From the IMG/VR virus record IMGVR_UViG_3300046513_000221, positions 62,001 to 126,000 of that record: 64,000 nt of DNA. One strand, 5' to 3'. Below the pieces are notes generated by a model. The model worked only from the letters and a program-made list of their open reading frames with translations, ran no database searches and was not told where the DNA came from. The translations under genes were made by a program, and so were the position numbers. This document shows, in pieces, positions 27,099 through 36,419 of the stretch; position 1 is the stretch's first letter, and each line of letters begins with the position of its first letter.

Positions 27099-29236
27099 AT
27101 ATTATCGATCTGGGTAAACTCCGCTTCCACTTCGCCGGTCAATTCGACGCTGGCGCGAACTACGAGTACAACGACATCGTCAAGTACGGCGGTAATGTGT
27201 ACTGCTACATCTATGCCCTGAAAGAACCGGGCCACCTGCCGACCGATACCAAGTACTGGGATCTGATGGTCGAGGGTATCGACTTCCAAGGCGTCTTCTC
27301 GCCGACGACCGCCTACAAGGTCGGTCAAGGTATCGCCTACGGCGGTAAGGTCTACATCGCCATCGCCGACTCGCAAGGTCAAATTCCTCCGAACGCTGCC
27401 TTCTGGTCGCAGTTCGTGGATGGCGTGCAGTATGAAGGTGTGTGGTCGAATCTGACCGCCTACCAGAAGAACGACATGGTGAAGTACGGTGCTTGCATGT
27501 ACATCGCCAAGGTTGACAACACCAATGCCAATCCGGTCGATCCGACCAAGTGGGACAAGATGGTTGACGGTATCTCGGCGCAGAGCGTCTGGAACTCCGC
27601 TACCGCTTACGTTCCCAACGACGTGGTCGCCTACGGTGCCAATCTGTACCGCGCTCTGGTGAATAACACCAACATCGTTCCGGGTTCGGACCCTGCCAAG
27701 TGGGATCTGTACATCGGCGGCGCATCGTACAAAGGTGTATACAGTGCTGCAGCCGTTTATCTGTGCGGTGAGATTGTCGCCTACGGTGCCAACCTGTACC
27801 GTGTGAAGACGACCGTGCAGTCCGTGACTGCTGGTGTGCTGCCAACCGACAACACCAAGTACGACCTGTTCCTGTCGGGTGTGACCTTTAGCGGTGTATG
27901 GTCGTCCGCGAACGCGTACACCATCGGTTCGCTCGTGTCCTACGGTGCCAACCTGTACCGCGCCAAGGCCGACTCGCCAATCGCAACGCTGCCAACCGAC
28001 ACCTCGAAATGGGATCTGTTGAACACCGGTTTCCGCAACACCGGCCCATGGACGACCGCAGCCACTTATCTGCTGAACGACGTAGTGTCGTATGGTGGTA
28101 ACACCTTCATCTGTCTCGTACCTCATGCTTCGGCTGCATTTAACGCCGATCTGGCGGCTGCTAAATGGCAGAAGTTCAATGGTGGCGTACGCTATCGTGG
28201 TACGTGGGCGACCGGTGTGTCGTACCTGAAGGACGATATGTTGACGGATGGCATCTCGCTGTTCATCGTTCTCAACGACTACGTTTCCGGTGCAACCTCC
28301 GCCGCCGATATCGCCGGTGTCAACCTGCAGATGACTGCACGCGGTGCATCCGGAGTGCCAGTTTTCACTCTGGCCGACAAAGACAAAACCATCACCAACG
28401 ATGGCGTGAACCTGATCTGGACTCCTCGCGATGTATTCGCCGGTCGTGAGATCATCGACGGCGTAACGTTGGCCCCGATCGTGGCTTCGATGTTCTCCGT
28501 ATTCTCGCGCCAAGGTGCTTACAGCTCCATGGCGACTGGTAATACTTCCCCTGCTGCACCACAGCTGATTCCGGCTGGTTCGCAGGGTGCTACGGATGCG
28601 ATGCAGCTGCTCAACATCGCGATGGGCGACGGTTACGGCGCGTCCGGTAGCGCCACCCAGCCATGGCTGATGGATGATACCGGTGGCATGAACCGTCGTC
28701 TCGAATACGCAGCCGGTCTCCGCTTGGGTCACCGCCGTACGTTCTACAGTATGAACAACCCGACGTCTTATCCGCCGATTGGTATTCGCATCATGCCAGT
28801 ACGGAATAACTCGGCGGTTTCGAAGAACATCACGCTTAACTTTGCGCATTCAGCGTACAGTGAAGGTGCAGCTCTCTATGTCGGTACCCCTACCACGGGT
28901 CTGTATAGCGCTGCAGCTGCCGTAGCTTGGACTGTTCCCTACACCTACAGTGGTTCCATTTATGAGACGACTGGCTCGACCACGATCACCATCCCGCCGA
29001 ACACGACCGTCCTGATCATGCTGGCTAACACCATGCAGTATCAGACGACCAACATGTTCCAGGATATCAACTACTTCTATGGCCTGAATACGACGTTCTC
29101 GGATCCGGCCATCCAAGTGGATATGCGTATGCTCACCATGCTGGCACATGCTCGCCTCCCGGCTAACTACAGCTACTCGTCCAACGAAGCGCACAAGGTC
29201 TACAACCAGTGCGCTAAAATCTACGGAGATCGTTAA
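27095..29236 (+). CDS. Tail fibre with tandem carbohydrate-binding-like (CBM5/12-type) repeats
   Basis: IIDLGKLRF start; about 8 repeats of G.W....AY..ND.V.YG...Y.A....P.D..KWD. Confidence 0.8.
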   Translation: MNIIDLGKLRFHFAGQFDAGANYEYNDIVKYGGNVYCYIYALKEPGHLPTDTKYWDLMVEGIDFQGVFSPTTAYKVGQGIAYGGKVYIAIADSQGQIPPNAAFWSQFVDGVQYEGVWSNLTAYQKNDMVKYGACMYIAKVDNTNANPVDPTKWDKMVDGISAQSVWNSATAYVPNDVVAYGANLYRALVNNTNIVPGSDPAKWDLYIGGASYKGVYSAAAVYLCGEIVAYGANLYRVKTTVQSVTAGVLPTDNTKYDLFLSGVTFSGVWSSANAYTIGSLVSYGANLYRAKADSPIATLPTDTSKWDLLNTGFRNTGPWTTAATYLLNDVVSYGGNTFICLVPHASAAFNADLAAAKWQKFNGGVRYRGTWATGVSYLKDDMLTDGISLFIVLNDYVSGATSAADIAGVNLQMTARGASGVPVFTLADKDKTITNDGVNLIWTPRDVFAGREIIDGVTLAPIVASMFSVFSRQGAYSSMATGNTSPAAPQLIPAGSQGATDAMQLLNIAMGDGYGASGSATQPWLMDDTGGMNRRLEYAAGLRLGHRRTFYSMNNPTSYPPIGIRIMPVRNNSAVSKNITLNFAHSAYSEGAALYVGTPTTGLYSAAAAVAWTVPYTYSGSIYETTGSTTITIPPNTTVLIMLANTMQYQTTNMFQDINYFYGLNTTFSDPAIQVDMRMLTMLAHARLPANYSYSSNEAHKVYNQCAKIYGDR

Positions 29237-29239
29237 ACC

Positions 29240-29707
29240 ATGAAATTCTATGCATTTTTCAAGGATGGTGTTGCCGTCCAACAAACGCAGCTGGATGAGA
29301 GCATCGATGCTCCTGAAGGCATGACCGAGATCTCGGAAGAGAATTTCGGTAAACAACTGAAGTTGGTTGGTGGCGAAGTGCGCCAACAGACTCCGGAAGA
29401 ACTGGAAGCCAAGGCTCAGGCTGAACAGTTGCTGATGCTGAAGATGGTGTTGGACGGCGCAGTTCAGGCACACATGGATACGGTCGTTCAAGGCCGTGGC
29501 TATACCAGCATGATCTACGCCGTATCGTACTACAACAGCACCAAGCCTCGGTTCAAAGCTGAGGCTGAGGCTGCGGTAAAGTTCCGTGACGATGTCTGGG
29601 AGAAGTGCATCGAGGTTCTGTCTGCTGTCGAAGCGGGTGAACGCGAGATCCCGTCCGTCGAGGAACTGATCGCTGAATTGCCACTGATCGAGTGGCCTGT
29701 CGTCTAA
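29240..29707 (+). CDS. Tail fibre assembly/chaperone protein
   Basis: VQAHMD..VQGRGY.S...AVSY..S....F.AEA..A..FRD.VW..ELIAELP...WP pattern, directly after the fibre. Confidence 0.75.
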   Translation: MKFYAFFKDGVAVQQTQLDESIDAPEGMTEISEENFGKQLKLVGGEVRQQTPEELEAKAQAEQLLMLKMVLDGAVQAHMDTVVQGRGYTSMIYAVSYYNSTKPRFKAEAEAAVKFRDDVWEKCIEVLSAVEAGEREIPSVEELIAELPLIEWPVV

Positions 29708-29712
29708 CCGAC

Positions 29713-29760
29713 GAAAAAAAAAGAATCGCCCTAGACCCGCAAAGGTCTAGGGTGGTTTTT
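29713..29760. terminator. Bidirectional terminator
   Basis: A9..GCCCTAGACC cgcaaa GGTCTAGGGT..T5. Confidence 0.8.
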
Positions 29761-29911
29761 ACTTCGGTGCCATGTGGGCGAGCATCGCGAAGGCTGCAAC
29801 GAAACCGCACAGGAGCAGTGCGCCACCGATGGCCCACTGACGGACCTCATTGTTGACGATGGATGCTTCGGCTTTGGATACGTAGCGCTGATGGATGATA
29901 CTGAATTTCAT
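29759..29911 (-). CDS. Small single-TM protein (50 aa)
   Basis: MKFSIIHQRYVSKAEASIVNNEVRQWAIGGALLLCGFVAAFAMLAHMAPK*, GGGAG RBS; not in the ORF track. Confidence 0.55.
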   Translation of the reverse strand: MKFSIIHQRYVSKAEASIVNNEVRQWAIGGALLLCGFVAAFAMLAHMAPK

Positions 29912-29970
29912 GGTTTGCTCCCAAGTGTTAAGGAAAGACGTCGGTGTTTCATCGACGTCTCTTTTCCCGA

Positions 29971-30819
29971 TTAATGTTTCGTGTGTACTTCGCTTCGCAG
30001 AGCTACACCACGCGAACGTACGTGGTAGTAGATCTGTCCAACGCCCACATTGTGCTTTGTTGCGATATTCTGGATCGTAAGCTTTTCTTCCGGATCGGAG
30101 TAGTCAGCGATCAAAGCTTTGATCGCCGATTCTTCAATCAGAGGATTTTTTGCTTTGTAACCTTCAGAATGATTCTTAACAACGCGAGAATTTTTCTTCG
30201 GTGCTTCGCTAGGATACAAGTCGAAGTAGTTGATGTACCTTCCCTCAATCTTGGTAAAACTGATTGGGAAGATTGCACGAATCGCTACCGAGATACCGAT
30301 GCAGTTGAGCTTTTTGCTGATCGTGTAAATGCGGTTACGCATTTCCGAAACGCTTTGCGGCCAATTTGGGTCATTGACAAATTTTGGGAAGCCCCAGTTC
30401 AAGTGCTTCAGCATATCTTCGGAGTTCTTCGTGACCGGACCGACAGCATCGTCCATCATTCGATGAATTGCTTTCAAGAAGACATCTTTGCTCGGAACAG
30501 GAGCCTTAATGTTTTCCATACCGGTGATGATGTTTTCCCCAAGTACAATTTTCTTTACTTGCACTTGAGGAATAGTCGTCTTAGGCCTCGGCGGCAGTGC
30601 CTTGATCTCTTCTTTTTTTCTTGGAGCCGAAAGAATCTTCCTTTTTCCTTCAGGAAACTTCTCTTCAAGCTGATCAGGGGCTGTGGCTACATGAGCTACT
30701 GGCGGGGCTGACTCGATGCTACTCTTGAAAAGTTCGAAGAGCTCATCGAGGGTGTTGTATTTAGTGTACGTCCCATCATCGAACGTCAAAAGTATTCCAT
30801 TAACCTTTTTATTTTCCAA
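29971..30819 (-). CDS. Putative DNA-binding protein with a C-terminal HTH
   Basis: LTIQNIATKHNVGVGQIYYHVRSRGV; TTG start with GGGAG RBS; AT-richer codons. Confidence 0.65.
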   Translation of the reverse strand: MENKKVNGILLTFDDGTYTKYNTLDELFELFKSSIESAPPVAHVATAPDQLEEKFPEGKRKILSAPRKKEEIKALPPRPKTTIPQVQVKKIVLGENIITGMENIKAPVPSKDVFLKAIHRMMDDAVGPVTKNSEDMLKHLNWGFPKFVNDPNWPQSVSEMRNRIYTISKKLNCIGISVAIRAIFPISFTKIEGRYINYFDLYPSEAPKKNSRVVKNHSEGYKAKNPLIEESAIKALIADYSDPEEKLTIQNIATKHNVGVGQIYYHVRSRGVALRSEVHTKH

Positions 30820-30859
30820 GTCTGTGCTCCCAAAGTTTAAACAACTTATCTACAAAATC

Positions 30860-30876
30860 TCAAAATAATTATATAT
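30860..30876 (-). promoter_or_regulatory. Early/middle-type promoter ATATATAAT-N5-TGA
   Basis: Motif copy. Confidence 0.7.
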
Positions 30877-30957
30877 AAACAATTCTCTTTCAGTTACGTT
30901 TTCAGTGCACAATTAGTGATACAACTTATAAATAATATGAACTCCATCTAATATAAA

Positions 30958-31512
30958 ATGACACAGCTAGACTACGAGCAATTCCCGGCAGATAGCCTGG
31001 AAATTGCAATGAATCTCATCGAGGATCTGGGTTTCTCCGAGAAGGAACTCGCCTCTATGGAGGCAGACATCATCAACATCCTCACCGAGGAGAACTACAC
31101 GACCCTCGAACTCACCTACTACGGTGAGCCGAAGGCACAGGCTCGCGCCCGGTCGTCCGGTCTAACGGGATTTTTCTATGATCCGAGTCAATCCCTGAAG
31201 AGCTGGCTGGTGGAGCAGATCACTTCTCAGCTCCCTCGCGGCTTCACTCTCGTGGACACTGAGATCCACATGGAGTGCAAATTCTACAAAGGGATGCCGA
31301 AAAGTGCGAGCAAGAAGGCCAAGGTCATGATGGAGCTCGGAGTCATCCGTCCCACGACAAAGCCTGACAACGACAACTATCTGAAGCTGGTACAGGATGC
31401 CCTGAACCGCGTCCTGTACACAGACGATGCCGTCATCACGAAGGTCTCGGCGGAGAAGTACTTTTCCTGCAAACCTCGTGCAACGATCAAGCTCCGATTC
31501 AAGCGCAAATGA
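30958..31512 (+). CDS. rusA: RusA-family Holliday junction resolvase
   Basis: GEPKAQARAR, KPDNDNYLKLVQDALN..YTDDAVI. Confidence 0.9.
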   Translation: MTQLDYEQFPADSLEIAMNLIEDLGFSEKELASMEADIINILTEENYTTLELTYYGEPKAQARARSSGLTGFFYDPSQSLKSWLVEQITSQLPRGFTLVDTEIHMECKFYKGMPKSASKKAKVMMELGVIRPTTKPDNDNYLKLVQDALNRVLYTDDAVITKVSAEKYFSCKPRATIKLRFKRK

Positions 31513-31561
31513 ACATCGGGATAGCAACAACTCCCCATCTTGAATTCCTCTTCTTTGGAAT

Positions 31562-31601
31562 CCCTCTAGGGCCGAAAGGCTTCTAGAGGGCTTTTTTTTT
31601 T
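31562..31601 (+). terminator. Intrinsic terminator
   Basis: CCCTCTAGGGCC gaaa GGCTTCTAGAGGG plus T10. Confidence 0.85.
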
Positions 31602-31642
31602 CTGAAGGACAAGTTATTAGATGAAACAACAAGGAGCCTTAG

Positions 31643-33055
31643 ATGGCAGTCAATAACGTATTTATCAAGGATCTCCCTTACGAGTTCCTTAAGACAAAGT
31701 CCGGTGAGTTCTTCAGTTCACCGGAGTACAAGGGCATGCAGGATCTCTTCGACTCGAAGAAGACCCCGGCACCGATGCTGGCTGATGCGCCGCCGCTCGA
31801 TGTGATGCCGGACCAGCTCCTGAACTACGCTCGTGACCTCGTGGTGAAGCGCTACATGGGCGACACGGTGATCGCCGAGACCGAGGACGAGATGATCGGC
31901 GTAATGTACACCAAGATGCTGTCGAAGATCGGTATCAAGATGAAGCGTTCGCAGAAGATGCTGCGCCCCATCACCAAGGATCTGACCAACTACGTGGTGC
32001 TTCCGGCCACCGTGATCCGCCGCGAGGTGGAACCTCCGGACATCCGGCGCTTCCGCAACGGTTCGCTGGACAAGGTGGGGATGCAGATCCCTGCTATGAC
32101 GGGCCTTCGTCCAGAGAAGACCTCGGACCCAGTACTCGACGTCGTGGCCGGAAGTCTGTTCTACCAGAACACCATGTCGAACGATGTCTTCGATGACGTC
32201 AAGTTCCGCAACAACAAGATCAATGACTTCATTCAGGACTCGATCGTAAGGGAGGAGGGCGTATCACACGGCCTCGAAGTCTTTCGAGATCCTGCGGAGG
32301 TTGATGTCAACTACGCATTTCGCTACAGCGATATCGATGCGACCGTCAAGCTCGTACGTGAATCATTCATCGACAAGTATTTCTCGTCGTTCAATTCCAA
32401 GGCTAAGCTGACAATGGATGCCGATGCCCTGAAGCAGTCGATCAGAATGAATTTCAGGATAACACCTGTACCGAGGGATCCGTTCTCGATCTTCAGGTTC
32501 ACATCTTCAGAGCAGACTCCTCAGTCGGATTATACGGTCACCCACAATCTCCGTTCGTCCAACATCATCTCAGGTACCATCATGGTAGATCAGAGTGATG
32601 AGTTCTCCTGCACCGGTGTGACAGCGGACAGTGAGAATACCGCCAAGGTGGTCCTCACCGACCCGTCCAACGTGCTGGTGACGATCGTATCCAGTAATGT
32701 CTCGGATGCGCAGTTCAGACTGAAGGACATGCTAAAGGACAAGAAGGTCTTGGTCCGCGTCATCAACTTCGACTTCGCGGACACATGGCGTCTGGACTTC
32801 GAGGGACTGGACGATGGTTTCCTGATCGATTTCGAGACGGATCAGGATCCGATACTCAAGCCCAAGTCGATCAAGCTGGTAGACCCGAACCGGGCCGAGA
32901 TTGCCTTCGACTTCCCTGTTTCCGGCAAACTCTACCTGATGGCCAACTCCGAGAACGTGCTCACTGACGGCGATATCGTTGTGACCAAAGACAACGTGGA
33001 GAACGTGCTCGCAAGCACGAACTTCTATAGGAAAGGATTCAAGATATGGAAATAG
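31643..33055 (+). CDS. Hypothetical virion protein
   Basis: 470 aa, AAGGAG RBS, GACA-N6-TA variant upstream. Confidence 0.7.
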   Translation: MAVNNVFIKDLPYEFLKTKSGEFFSSPEYKGMQDLFDSKKTPAPMLADAPPLDVMPDQLLNYARDLVVKRYMGDTVIAETEDEMIGVMYTKMLSKIGIKMKRSQKMLRPITKDLTNYVVLPATVIRREVEPPDIRRFRNGSLDKVGMQIPAMTGLRPEKTSDPVLDVVAGSLFYQNTMSNDVFDDVKFRNNKINDFIQDSIVREEGVSHGLEVFRDPAEVDVNYAFRYSDIDATVKLVRESFIDKYFSSFNSKAKLTMDADALKQSIRMNFRITPVPRDPFSIFRFTSSEQTPQSDYTVTHNLRSSNIISGTIMVDQSDEFSCTGVTADSENTAKVVLTDPSNVLVTIVSSNVSDAQFRLKDMLKDKKVLVRVINFDFADTWRLDFEGLDDGFLIDFETDQDPILKPKSIKLVDPNRAEIAFDFPVSGKLYLMANSENVLTDGDIVVTKDNVENVLASTNFYRKGFKIWK

Positions 33056-33300
33056 TAGAGATCGGAGCTAGCGAGTCGGCAGACGTAGCGAAGAGTACCA
33101 CTGACAACGTGGCGCTCAACGTCGTCAGCGCACTCGCCAACGTGGCGCTCGGCAAGGGAGAGAATGGGCTGTCCGACAAGAACGCTCGCCTCTTCGCCTC
33201 GATGCGCAACAAGCTCTTCATCAAGTACATCGGTGCCGACTACGAGGTACTGCTGCCTAGCGTGTCGCGTAATGACCGCTATCTCCCAGCCATCCAGTGA
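33046..33300 (+). CDS. Hypothetical protein
   Basis: 84 aa, coupled to its neighbours. Confidence 0.65.
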   Translation: MEIVEIGASESADVAKSTTDNVALNVVSALANVALGKGENGLSDKNARLFASMRNKLFIKYIGADYEVLLPSVSRNDRYLPAIQ

Positions 33301-33308
33301 GGTGAACC

Positions 33309-34511
33309 ATGATTCGTAACTGCCTCGGCATCACGGTTGATGACATGAAGCGAGACCTCTTCAAGCAACAGGACAACTGGCTTCTCGGTTGGCTCCTGCA
33401 GCAGAAGTGTGGCGGCGGTAGCGCAGGTCACGCCGCTCTCTCCAACTTCGACGCCTTTAATGTCTTCACGGCTAAGAAAGCTCTGGACTACCTGAACAAC
33501 GCCGATGCTCGCAACGGCCACCTCTCCGGGAATGACATGTATGGCTTCCTCAGAGACCTCTTCCCGAGTCTCCTGAGTGAGTTCGCGCAGCGCGAGTGCG
33601 TCGGTGGAAACAACTCCATCAACGACTTCATTCGTCCCTACAAGGACGATCCGTACAAGAACATGTACCCGAACACGATCACGGATGCGCAGAAAAACGT
33701 TCTGTTGAATTCCTTGCAGAACTCGAACTTCAACGCCACGCCGCGTGTGGGTACCGGTCAGGACGGCAATGGCGGTAACCCGTACGGATGGACCGGCTAC
33801 GGCAACAACGGCACCACAGGCTCTGGCCTGAATGGCAATGGTCAGTACGGTACCGGTAACGGTGGCTCCGGCGCTCCGAAGGGTGGTGGATCGGGACTCC
33901 CGTACATCATCGTCAACGAGAACGACACTCCCGGTGCAGGTAACCTGTCCGACAAGACCGGCGACCTCTTCGGCGATAGCATTCTCGGTCGTATCCCTCC
34001 CGACAAGATCGAAGGAATGAATCCCGACAAGGCCATCTACACGAAGTGCTTCAAGACGACGTTCAATCTGGACCAGTTCCTCGTCCCTGACAGTCCCGAG
34101 TCGAAGCCCGTCATTACGCAGGGCAAGATCCAGAACCTGAAGAGGATCTACGACTCGATCCTCATCCCGATCTACAAGTACTACTACGGTGATGAGGGAG
34201 ACATCTCCTGCAAGATGCGCATCCACGGAGGCCTGACTTCGATGAAGGTAGCCTACCAGCTGCTGGGATCGTCGCTCTCCACCAAGCACATCACCGGCGA
34301 GGCATGTAACTTCTCTCTGGTGTCAGTGTCCAACGATACAGTCATTAAGGACATTCAGGAACGTAGGATCAAGATCGACTTCGGCGTGATGGCCGAGATC
34401 AACGGCATCTTCATCACGCTTCCGGGTACGTTCGAGGGCTACGAGGTGAGCGGAGTGGTTCTGTCCTCTCCAACATTCGATGCGGACAACATCCAAGTCA
34501 ATTTCTCCTAG
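33309..34511 (+). CDS. Virion protein with a Gly/Asn linker and a degenerate peptidase M15-like domain
   Basis: NLKRIYDSILIPI..MRIHGGLTS..GSSLSTKHITGEACNF resembles M15_3 NL..VLEP..ITSGYR..SQH..G.AAD. Confidence 0.6.
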   Translation: MIRNCLGITVDDMKRDLFKQQDNWLLGWLLQQKCGGGSAGHAALSNFDAFNVFTAKKALDYLNNADARNGHLSGNDMYGFLRDLFPSLLSEFAQRECVGGNNSINDFIRPYKDDPYKNMYPNTITDAQKNVLLNSLQNSNFNATPRVGTGQDGNGGNPYGWTGYGNNGTTGSGLNGNGQYGTGNGGSGAPKGGGSGLPYIIVNENDTPGAGNLSDKTGDLFGDSILGRIPPDKIEGMNPDKAIYTKCFKTTFNLDQFLVPDSPESKPVITQGKIQNLKRIYDSILIPIYKYYYGDEGDISCKMRIHGGLTSMKVAYQLLGSSLSTKHITGEACNFSLVSVSNDTVIKDIQERRIKIDFGVMAEINGIFITLPGTFEGYEVSGVVLSSPTFDADNIQVNFS

Positions 34512-34587
34512 ACTTTCATTGAGATTCAACTTCATGTGGGCTTCGACTTGGAGCAACACGGTTAATAGTTAAAACCTTGCATGGAAA

Positions 34588-35226
34588 ATGAAAATGTCCA
34601 ACAACATCACACCAGATCAGATCCTGACGGAGGAGGAGAACAAACGCCTCTCCCGCATGATCTCGGTCAAGAAACACATCTACTCCTACGTGGACAACAA
34701 GAAGCTCATCGAGTTCCTGTTGCACCTGATCGACACCAGCGGTCTGCTGGCGTTCGAGCGGAAGTCCGATCGCCGGTTCCTCAACCTGCGTAACCTGAGC
34801 CTGAGCCTGGCCTTCGATGTCGAAGCGGCCAAGCAACGGTATCCGAAGGCTGATTACATCAGCCACAACATGAAGGACGGCGAGAGCCGTCCGCATGTCA
34901 TCGACCGCCGCACGGCCATCGTACGCGAGTTGGTGGTCACGCCGTTCGTCAACCTGATGAACACGATGCTGCGCGCCATCCTCCACGGCACGATCCCGGA
35001 GGAGTACGAGCACACCCAGTGGATCATGTCCATCCTGCCGGATGACTTCGAGACGCTGGCGAACTCGATCAACACCTTCGTGGACCTGATGTCGAAGAAA
35101 AACGAGCTGGAGGAGGACTTCTTCATGTTCGGCCTGACTTCGGCCCTCACCTATCCACCGGAAGACAAGGAGCGTCCGTCCAGTCTGGATCAGGATCCGG
35201 GCTTCACGCTGGAGTTCCTGCTGTAA
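34588..35226 (+). CDS. Hypothetical protein
   Basis: 212 aa, strong codon bias; hairpin at 35233-35262 downstream. Confidence 0.75.
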   Translation: MKMSNNITPDQILTEEENKRLSRMISVKKHIYSYVDNKKLIEFLLHLIDTSGLLAFERKSDRRFLNLRNLSLSLAFDVEAAKQRYPKADYISHNMKDGESRPHVIDRRTAIVRELVVTPFVNLMNTMLRAILHGTIPEEYEHTQWIMSILPDDFETLANSINTFVDLMSKKNELEEDFFMFGLTSALTYPPEDKERPSSLDQDPGFTLEFLL

Positions 35227-35288
35227 AACGTCATGGGTATGAGCCGAAAGGTTCATACCCATCAAACGTTAACTAAACTCCTTGGCGA

Positions 35289-35305
35289 ATATATTATGTA
35301 AGTGA
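35289..35305 (+). promoter_or_regulatory. Early/middle-type promoter ATATATTAT-N5-TGA
   Basis: Motif copy. Confidence 0.7.
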
Positions 35306-35344
35306 TGACTTAGGGTTCATCTTCTAATATAGGGAGTTTTAGTA

Positions 35345-35848
35345 ATGCCTAAATACAACTGCACCGTAGTAAAGCGTCCATCTCAGTTCAACCTGCGTCA
35401 GTGGAAGACCAATCTGCCGAAAGCGAAGGGTCTCCAGTACCTGTACTGCTCCGAAGTGGCCGACAAGGGCAACGAGGACATCGGTGGTGATATGACGTCC
35501 TACCTGCTTCTCAACGGTAAGGTCATCTTCGCATCGCTACTGGCCGCTGGTCACGATCTGCCTGAAGGGGATGCTCGCGCACCGAACACCCGTTCCGTGT
35601 CGATCTTCCTGATGCCGGGTCAGGAGCCTGAGAAGGCATTCGCCCCGCTATTCAGTGTCCCGAGCATCGTTGACAGTTCGCTGGCCGATGGTCTGGTCGT
35701 GTACGACATGACATCCCCGACCTTCGACGGATTCATCGCCGGTTGCAAAGAGATCGAGAAGAAGAATAAGGATCTCGGCGACAGTGTGAGCTCTTTCTTC
35801 GCGAAGTACCGCGATCTGATCGAGGGTCATCTGCGTACGAAACACTGA
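35345..35848 (+). CDS. Hypothetical protein directly upstream of the structured RNA
   Basis: 167 aa, GGGAG RBS. Confidence 0.8.
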   Translation: MPKYNCTVVKRPSQFNLRQWKTNLPKAKGLQYLYCSEVADKGNEDIGGDMTSYLLLNGKVIFASLLAAGHDLPEGDARAPNTRSVSIFLMPGQEPEKAFAPLFSVPSIVDSSLADGLVVYDMTSPTFDGFIAGCKEIEKKNKDLGDSVSSFFAKYRDLIEGHLRTKH

Positions 35849-35851
35849 TGT

Positions 35852-36245
35852 GGTGCAATGCAGTCTGGTGAAAGGATGAAAGTCCTTGGGATTCTACGAA
35901 ATGGTATTTTTGCACACCTAACAAGGTAATGTACCAGTGAGTGGGCCTCTGCCTTCCGTGCGACATCGTCGCCTGTGCGTCCCGCGCCCACTCCGTAAAC
36001 GAATTCTTCTCTGGCTTGCACCCCGGAAGAATGGAGCGTCGGGAGACGTTCCACCTCACAGACCGCAAATCGGTCTGCTGGTCGTTGCCGCGAAGCGCCG
36101 GTCACGTTGGATAAACGTGCTGGATGCTAATGCGTGGCTACGGCTGATCAGGGAAGGCTTTGCCAACCCAACCCCGAGGCGGGATAGCGGCGTTCGGGCC
36201 GTTGCGGCGTCGAGAGACGCCACCCGCCTCACCTTTTTTTTTTTT
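35852..36245 (+). ncRNA. Candidate large structured non-coding RNA of unknown family
   Basis: About 10 nested or consecutive stems, GAAA/GGGA/GAGA/UUCG loops, G-U pairs favouring the + strand, ends in T12; no credible CDS. Confidence 0.6.
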
Positions 36246-36358
36246 GCACAATCTAGTTATGCGATAGCTGGAGCCTTCTACTTTTGCGTGTTATACCGCC
36301 AAAATCTACCACATGAGACCTCACGGTTTCATGTGGTATTTCAATCTAGCTATTAGGT

Positions 36359-36375
36359 ATATATAATAACGACGA
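36359..36375 (+). promoter_or_regulatory. Early/middle-type promoter ATATATAAT-N5-CGA
   Basis: Motif copy upstream of sbcD. Confidence 0.7.
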
Positions 36376-36419
36376 TACAGATTACAGGTTTGTACCTGCA
36401 CAGCATTTAAAGGACACGT

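Noticed and set aside
27600-28030. Repeated GCCTACGGTGCCAAYCTGTACCG units as a CRISPR array or DGR
   Set aside because: They are in-frame protein repeats of the tail fibre; spacing (~150 nt) is wrong for CRISPR, and there is no RT or adenine-specific variation.
35870-35890. GATGAAAGTCC resembling RNase P CR-I (GAGGAAAGUCC), or a hammerhead core
   Set aside because: It forms a local GAAA hairpin; no matching RNase P CR-V or complete CUGAUGA..GAAA hammerhead core was found.
35958-36230. GTGCG starts suggesting a group II intron remnant
   Set aside because: No domain V, no interrupted gene and no reverse transcriptase in the window.
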